DNA of 64,000 nucleotides from an uncultured Armatimonadetes bacterium. Lineage in GTDB: Bacteria; Armatimonadota; UBA5829; DTJY01. Shown piece by piece: positions 58,762-64,000 of this stretch; position 1 is the first letter of the stretch, and every line of letters starts with the position of its first letter. The notes beneath the pieces are model-generated. The model saw only the letters and a program-made list of their open reading frames with translations. It ran no database searches and had not been told where the DNA came from. A program made the position numbers and the translations under genes. Where the stretch lies: the NCBI GenBank assembly GCA_963717145.1, contig OY970325.1:3872001-3936000 (forward strand), written 5' to 3'.

Positions 58762-60261
58762 GTAAGAGTTCACGATCATTGATAATCTGAGGAAGGTACC
58801 CCAGGATCGGCTGTCGAATGGTAGGTTGTGAACGATCTCGGCAACCTATCAAGAGAAGAACTGATCGGCATCGTCTTGGAGCAGCACCAGGCGATCCGAG
58901 AGCAGCATCAGGCCGTCCTGGAGTTGCGTGAAGGTGTAGACACCCTGACCGAACGCGTCCGAGCGCTTGAGAAGGAGAATGAAGAACTCCGGTCCAAGCT
59001 CGGTGGCGGCGGCAGGACGATACCTGCCTTTGTGAAGGCAAACCGGCCCGAGCGCAAGAAGAAGGATCGCAAGAAGCGGCAGAAGTCGTTTGCCCGCTTG
59101 AGGGAGACCCCCACGGAGATCGTGGAGCACGCGCTCGACACCTGTCCCGACTGCGGCAGGAAGCTCTCCGGCGGCACGATGCATCACAGCCGGCAGGTGA
59201 TCGAGATACCGGTGATGCCGGTCAGGATCATCGAGCACCTGGTGATCGGACGGTACTGCGGAGTCTGCCACAAGATACACGTGCCGAAGCTCGACCTCTC
59301 CGAAGAGGTGGTCGGGACACACCGGGTGGGCATCCGGCTGATGAGCCTGGTGAGCTATCTCCACACGGTCGGTAGAATGCCGGTCGAGCGTGTGCAGAAG
59401 CTTCTGGAATCACTCTACGGTCTGCATCTCGGGCGCGGAGAGATCACAAAGATACTACATACGGTAGCATCCATGGGGAAGTCGGAGGTAGAGAAGCTTC
59501 TTCATGCGGTGCGGGGAAGCCCTGCGGTGAACGCGGATGAGACCGGCTGGCGGGAAGACGGGAGGAACGGATACATCTGGAGCTTCTCGACGCCACGCGT
59601 GCGCTACTTCATCCGAGACAAGAGTCGGAGCGGAGAGGTCGCAAAGGATGTGCTGGGAGAGGACTACGGCGGTGTAGTCGTAAGCGACTTCTACTGCGGT
59701 TACAACGTGCTCTTGGGGCGGCATCAGCGGTGCTGGGTGCACTACCTGCGGGACTTGCGAACGCTCGTCGAGGCGAACCCTGACAAGAGAGGGGTAGCAG
59801 TCTGGGTCGGCAAGGTCAAGGCCGTTTACAGACGCGCGAAGAGATATTCGAACGAGGAGTCGAAGGCTCGGCACGAGCAGCGGATCGCATTCGAGGAAGA
59901 GTTGCTTCGACTCGCCAGACCATATGTGAAGCGGGATGTTCCGCAGAGGATACTCGCTGAGCGGATCGAGAGATTCCTGCCGGAGCTGTTTGTCTTCGTA
60001 GAATGTCCGGAAGTACCAAGCGAGAACAACGCGGCCGAGCGAGCGATCCGGCCTGCGGTAACGGCTCGCAAGATCAGCGGCGGCACACGGTCGGCCAAGG
60101 GATCTGAGACCCGCATGGCGCTGATGAGTCTATTCGGGACCTGGCACTTGCGTGGTGAAGATGCGATGGAGTCATGCCGGCGGATGCTCATGGGCGTTCC
60201 TCAGACACCCGCGACCGATCCAGCCTGACAAACTTCACTATCAACGATCGTGAACTCTTTC
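58762..60261 (+). mobile_element. Single-ORF IS66-family element (copy 3, divergent)
   Basis: 23-bp IRs GTAAGAGTTCACGATCATTGATA and GAAAGAGTTCACGATCGTTGATA; 8-bp duplication TCCGCATG at 58754-58761 and 60262-60269. Confidence 0.96.
58828..60228 (+). CDS. IS66 family transposase
   Basis: CPDC..CGVC, ADETGW, VSDFY, QRCWVHYLR, ENNAAERAIR. Confidence 0.95.
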   Translation: MNDLGNLSREELIGIVLEQHQAIREQHQAVLELREGVDTLTERVRALEKENEELRSKLGGGGRTIPAFVKANRPERKKKDRKKRQKSFARLRETPTEIVEHALDTCPDCGRKLSGGTMHHSRQVIEIPVMPVRIIEHLVIGRYCGVCHKIHVPKLDLSEEVVGTHRVGIRLMSLVSYLHTVGRMPVERVQKLLESLYGLHLGRGEITKILHTVASMGKSEVEKLLHAVRGSPAVNADETGWREDGRNGYIWSFSTPRVRYFIRDKSRSGEVAKDVLGEDYGGVVVSDFYCGYNVLLGRHQRCWVHYLRDLRTLVEANPDKRGVAVWVGKVKAVYRRAKRYSNEESKARHEQRIAFEEELLRLARPYVKRDVPQRILAERIERFLPELFVFVECPEVPSENNAAERAIRPAVTARKISGGTRSAKGSETRMALMSLFGTWHLRGEDAMESCRRMLMGVPQTPATDPA

Positions 60262-60336
60262 TCCGCATGCAGGGTATTGACGCACAAGCCGAGAAGCAGT
60301 AATCTGGTACTGGATCTCCGAGCTTGGAACGATACC

Positions 60337-61353
60337 ATGTCCACTTGCCCGAAATGCACAGCGCCCATACCGCCCGACGCCAAGTTCTGCACCGAGTGCG
60401 GGACGCCCATGCCTGCGGCTGAACCGCCGGAGACCGTCGATCCGTGCCTCGATGAGGCGCATACCGCCCTCGCCGCCGCCAATCTCCTGAAGCTGAGAGG
60501 CGAGTGGCAGGGCGCCATCGACAAATGCATGCTCGTCCTCTCCCTGGATGAGGATGATGCGGCCGCTTACTCGCTCCTCGGCGACATCTATCGGGATCAG
60601 GGGCAGTTCGGCGAGGCGATGCATTGGTACAGGCTGGCTCTCGATCTCAATCCCGACAGCCCCGCCAACAAGACAAAGCTCGAACAGACCATGGCCAGTT
60701 CCCTGACGGAACGGGCGCCGAAACGCGACAGGAAGGCGGAGGCGATCCTGACCGCCAAACGAGTGCTCGCCGAATCGGCGCTGGCGATAGGGCTACTGCT
60801 CATCATAACCACCATCTGGCCGATGATATTCCGTCCGAAGATCGGCTCTGAGACGCCTCCTGACCGGCAGTCCGAGGTGCCGCAGAGGTACCGGCTGCCG
60901 ATGATCACCGACAACGGAGAAGCCACGCAGACTCCCGCGAATCCGGCCGCCGAAGTGTCCATGTCGAAGCGCGAGGACGCGCTCTTCCAGGCGCTCAACG
61001 CGTCGCCGGTATTGATACAGCGTAATCTGCTGGTACGAAGCATTCTGATAGATCCGAGAAACCGTTCGGCGGTGATCACTGTGCTCTGCCCTCAGACTGT
61101 TCAGGGGACCGCAACCGAAGCTCTCGTTCGCAGCAGCCTGATCGTGCTGCGAGAGGCGTGCTTCAAGGAGCACGGCCTCGATCGCTTCACCGTGAGGGCC
61201 ATGTACGATGGATCGGGCAGCAGGCCGGCGGAGATCCGGTTCGTGGCCGATGCCGAGCGCAACTCGGTGCTGTCGATCGGCCCTGAGTCCGCCGAGTACG
61301 CTCAGCTCGTAGGGGTGCTGCAGAACCCGTGGTGGGCCGCGGGGGACAAATAG
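60337..61353 (+). CDS. Zinc-ribbon plus TPR membrane protein
   Basis: CPKC..FCTECG, TPR helices (AYSLLGDIY..A..WY..AL.LNP), one TM helix; TTGACG-N17-TAATCT at 60277-60305. Confidence 0.8.
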   Translation: MSTCPKCTAPIPPDAKFCTECGTPMPAAEPPETVDPCLDEAHTALAAANLLKLRGEWQGAIDKCMLVLSLDEDDAAAYSLLGDIYRDQGQFGEAMHWYRLALDLNPDSPANKTKLEQTMASSLTERAPKRDRKAEAILTAKRVLAESALAIGLLLIITTIWPMIFRPKIGSETPPDRQSEVPQRYRLPMITDNGEATQTPANPAAEVSMSKREDALFQALNASPVLIQRNLLVRSILIDPRNRSAVITVLCPQTVQGTATEALVRSSLIVLREACFKEHGLDRFTVRAMYDGSGSRPAEIRFVADAERNSVLSIGPESAEYAQLVGVLQNPWWAAGDK

Positions 61354-61354
61354 T

Positions 61355-61391
61355 GTGGGAGTATGGGAGTATGGGAGTATCGGAGTGTGGA
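61355..61391. repeat. Half (unpaired) octamer array (TGGGAGTA)n
   Basis: TGTGGGAGTATGGGAGTATGGGAGTATCGGAGTGTGGAGG, running into the RBS of the next gene. Confidence 0.85.
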
Positions 61392-61394
61392 GGC

Positions 61395-62654
61395 ATGATT
61401 GAGCCGAGAGATCGTATGATCCGCGTCCTCTCCGGCGAACGAGTCGATCCGCCACCGGTCGTGCTCCACAGTTGGGGCGACTACAAGGTCGAACTCGCCG
61501 GCCACGATCCGAAGTTCCAGTACTATCAGGGCGGGCGGGAGCTTGCTGAGATCGAGCGGACCTTCTACGAGCGGTTCCGGCCCGATTGGATGCACCTCGG
61601 TTCGGCGGGCTGGAAGGGATTCTGGGATCGCGCGCGTAAGGTCGAGGACGGCAAGGTATTCCTCGCGAGCGCCGACGGGAGTCGCTGGATCGAGGTCAGA
61701 GCCGACTACGGTCTCTCCGACTACAGCGATGTTCCCTGGTGGGGCAAGGGCCCGACCCTCAAGCTCGAATCGAAGGCCGAGATCGACGAATTCTTCGCCG
61801 CCATCGCCACCACCGAGCAGGGCATCATCGAGTCCGGCCGCTTCGATCACATGAGGATGCTTGCTATGGAGTGCGGAAGCGGAGTCTGCGGAGCTTCCGC
61901 TTTCGATCCGCCGGAGACCACGACAAATGGGGACAGGCACGATTTCCGCTCAGTTTCCGAACGGGGAAATGAAACAGATCCTGAGCGGAAATCGTGCCTG
62001 TCCCCATTTTTCCCATTTTTCCTCGCCATCAACGACGGCGCGCCGGGATCGTGGATCCACGGCTGGTCGTTCGAGGACACCGCCATCGCCTGCATCGACA
62101 AGCCCGACCTGGTGGCGTACTGCATATATAAGGACTGCGAGCGGTTCCTGACCGACGTCCGAGCCGCCAAGTCATGCGGCGCGGACGCCTACATCTTCTC
62201 CGAGGGATTCCCCGGGAGCCTCGACAACATCTCACCCGCGATGCACGAGCGGCTCGAAGGTGATACGAAGCGGTGGTTCTACGCCGAGGTCCGGAAGATC
62301 GGCCTGCTCCCGATCGGCTACTGGCTCGGCGACGTGCGCCCGAACATGCGGCTGATCAACAGCCTCGACATGGCCGGGTTGATGATCGAGGAGAGCAAGA
62401 AGACCTTTGTGCTTGATCCAGTGGAGATCCGCCGCATGCTTCGCCCGGAGGTCTGCCTCTTCGGAAACGTGGACAGCACGCTCCTCCGCCGTGGGAAGCC
62501 GGACGATATCCGCACGGAGGTCCGCCGGCAGTTCCGTACCGCCGAGCACGGTCCCTTCATTCTCGCGAACGGCAGCCCGATCGTCCCCGGCACCCCACCC
62601 GAGAACCTCGATGCCTACATGGATGAGGCCAGACTGCACACCACGGGCCGCTGA
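61395..62654 (+). CDS. Uroporphyrinogen decarboxylase superfamily protein with a ~50-aa in-frame repeat insertion
   Basis: PRDRMIRVLSGERVD.PPV, CLFGNVD, G.PDDIRTEV, FILANG...PGTPPENL. Confidence 0.85.
   Translation: MIEPRDRMIRVLSGERVDPPPVVLHSWGDYKVELAGHDPKFQYYQGGRELAEIERTFYERFRPDWMHLGSAGWKGFWDRARKVEDGKVFLASADGSRWIEVRADYGLSDYSDVPWWGKGPTLKLESKAEIDEFFAAIATTEQGIIESGRFDHMRMLAMECGSGVCGASAFDPPETTTNGDRHDFRSVSERGNETDPERKSCLSPFFPFFLAINDGAPGSWIHGWSFEDTAIACIDKPDLVAYCIYKDCERFLTDVRAAKSCGADAYIFSEGFPGSLDNISPAMHERLEGDTKRWFYAEVRKIGLLPIGYWLGDVRPNMRLINSLDMAGLMIEESKKTFVLDPVEIRRMLRPEVCLFGNVDSTLLRRGKPDDIRTEVRRQFRTAEHGPFILANGSPIVPGTPPENLDAYMDEARLHTTGR
61867..62009. repeat. Intragenic composite: TGGAGTGCGGAAGC hairpin plus GGGACAGGCAC-type pair (29-bp perfect arms)
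   Basis: GCGGAAGC..GCTTCCGC (61873-61900); AAATGGGGACAGGCACGATTTCCGCTCAG (61925-61953) and its reverse complement (61981-62009). Confidence 0.93.
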
Positions 62655-62683
62655 CTGCCGGTCGGAAGCACGACGCATGATTG

Positions 62684-62780
62684 TCCCCCGTAAGAAGGGG
62701 GACCGGCCTCTGGGCCGAGGGGGTCTTGTCCTGCGAACCTCCCCCGGCCTGCTGGCCGGCCCCTCCTTCGTAAGGAGGGG
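62684..62780. repeat. Nested palindromic element (CCCC..GTAAG..GGGG type)
   Basis: TCCCCCGTAAGAAGGGGGACCGGCC ... GGCCGGCCCCTCCTTCGTAAGGAGGGG. Confidence 0.6.
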
Positions 62781-62796
62781 CGCAGACGCAGACCAC

Positions 62797-62825
62797 GAAA
62801 AAGAGGGCGAGGTTGCCCTCGCCCC
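62797..62825 (-). terminator. Intrinsic terminator of the beta-barrel gene
   Basis: Minus strand GGGCGAGG-GCAA-CCTCGCCC-TCTTTTT. Confidence 0.75.
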
Positions 62826-62894
62826 ACGTGAGGAGGTTCGATGTCCGGATCTCCCACGAAACCCGGACACCTTGTGCGCTGGTCAGGGATATGT

Positions 62895-64000
62895 CTAGAA
62901 GCCTGTCGACCAGGCGAGACGCCAGAGGTTGAACATGCCGTCGTTGTTCGGGTCGATCTCGTCATTCCAGTCCGACAGCGAATATTCGATGAGGACGCGC
63001 TCCCTTTCGGTCAGGTTGCGGGTGAACCCGATCGTCCATCGGTTGTCTCTCACCTCGACGGGATTCCAGACCCTCAGGAAGAGTCGGATCGCCCGGTACG
63101 AGCACGCCGACGTTCATCCTGCCCGTGGATTTCGACGTCAGGAATCGCCAGTACAACTGGGATTTCGGCGACGTCGCATAGTTCAGGCCGACCGAGAATT
63201 GCCTGTTCCGTGCATTATACGGAACGTCTGCGGTCGAGACAGGATCGAGAGCATGAGGAGCGAGTTCCCAGAGCGTGGTCGCATCGATCCGCGCAGCGGA
63301 AGCAAGAACATCGAGGGTCAGCTTGCCATTGATGCCATACCATGCTCCCAACATAGTATCGGTGAACTTGCTGTCGAGCCCCGCGTCATCCCGCTTCTCG
63401 TCATGCAGGCGGTGGTAGTCGCCGTAGAAGACAAGTCGGTCGTTGTATAGATACGTGGCATTCAAGCTCGCCTTTTTCCGACCGCCGGGAGAGCTCTTGA
63501 AGGCGGCATTGTCGATGTTCCAGTCCTCCATCTTGCCTGAGAGGCTCAGCTTCCAGTTCGGATTGTAGCGGAAACTGGCGCGCCAGATGTTCGAGGTAGT
63601 CGTCGCATTCATCAACTCGTCGAGGTCCGGGTCATCCGGGAAACCGTTTGCCAACGTCCGCTCGGTCTTCTTGCCCTCGTATCCGACGCGGATGAGAGCC
63701 TTACGTATCCCCGTATAGCCGGATTCAACCTCCACGGACCGTTCTCTTCGACTGAGCGCTATGTTCGTCGGCGGATCTCCTGGGGCATCAATCACCGGGC
63801 CCATGTGGTTGTCCAGCTCGTAGTCCCGGTATCTTCCGGTAAGCGTGAGCGCTCCAGTAGCCAGAAAAGTGAGGGCGGCATTGGTCGAGTTCAGATCGAC
63901 GCTCCTGCCATTTACGAGGCTCTCGGTCTTGTTCGTTCTCTCACGCTGGATATGCACGCCCGTGAAGTACAGACGGTCTGACAGACGGCTCCTCGCTCGA
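62895..64000 (-). CDS. Outer-membrane beta-barrel protein, possibly MtrB/PioB-like; 5' end off the window; apparent +1 frameshift at ~63072
   Basis: Amphipathic strands (LTLTGRYRDY, WRASFRY, FSVGLNY); the corrected frame ends FNLWRLAWSTGF* with a terminal Phe; frame is open to the window end. Confidence 0.65.

Overview
High-GC bacterial chromosome segment spanning the replication origin region. The lineage is probably Armatimonadota; this is an inference from the PEP-CTERM proteins, two UroD-family enzymes and the style of the secreted proteins. Core content: rtcB, a GT4 glycosyltransferase, dciA, recF, oriC, dnaA (no dnaN), rpmH-rnpA-yidD-yidC-jag-mnmE, hemL, cdaA-cdaR-glmM, kdgK/eda, rsmG, rex, tRNA-Ile2, dnaG-rpoD and dut. 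Accessory content: an HNH/C5-MTase/Vsr restriction-modification island, three IS66 elements, one IS3, one ISNCY-type element (all with readable ends and target duplications), an ankyrin cluster and large secreted proteins. Main observations: (1) at least five palindromic or short-period repeat families, which also sit in frame inside four enzyme genes (GT4, mnmE, a GxGYxYP hydrolase, a UroD-family enzyme) and extend recF; (2) a four-helix-bundle gene enclosed by inverted heptamer arrays inside cdaA-cdaR-glmM, with analogous ORF-less octamer arrays elsewhere; (3) a second ORF with a perfect Shine-Dalgarno in another frame inside the C5 methyltransferase gene, as in M.EcoHK31I; (4) IS insertions at promoters, one splitting a TTGACA/TATAAT promoter; (5) a RAYT-like transposase remnant; (6) a C-terminal domain shared by two unrelated secreted proteins. 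About eight single-base indels break otherwise intact genes and are probably read or assembly errors. Family calls come from recognised motifs, not from database searches.
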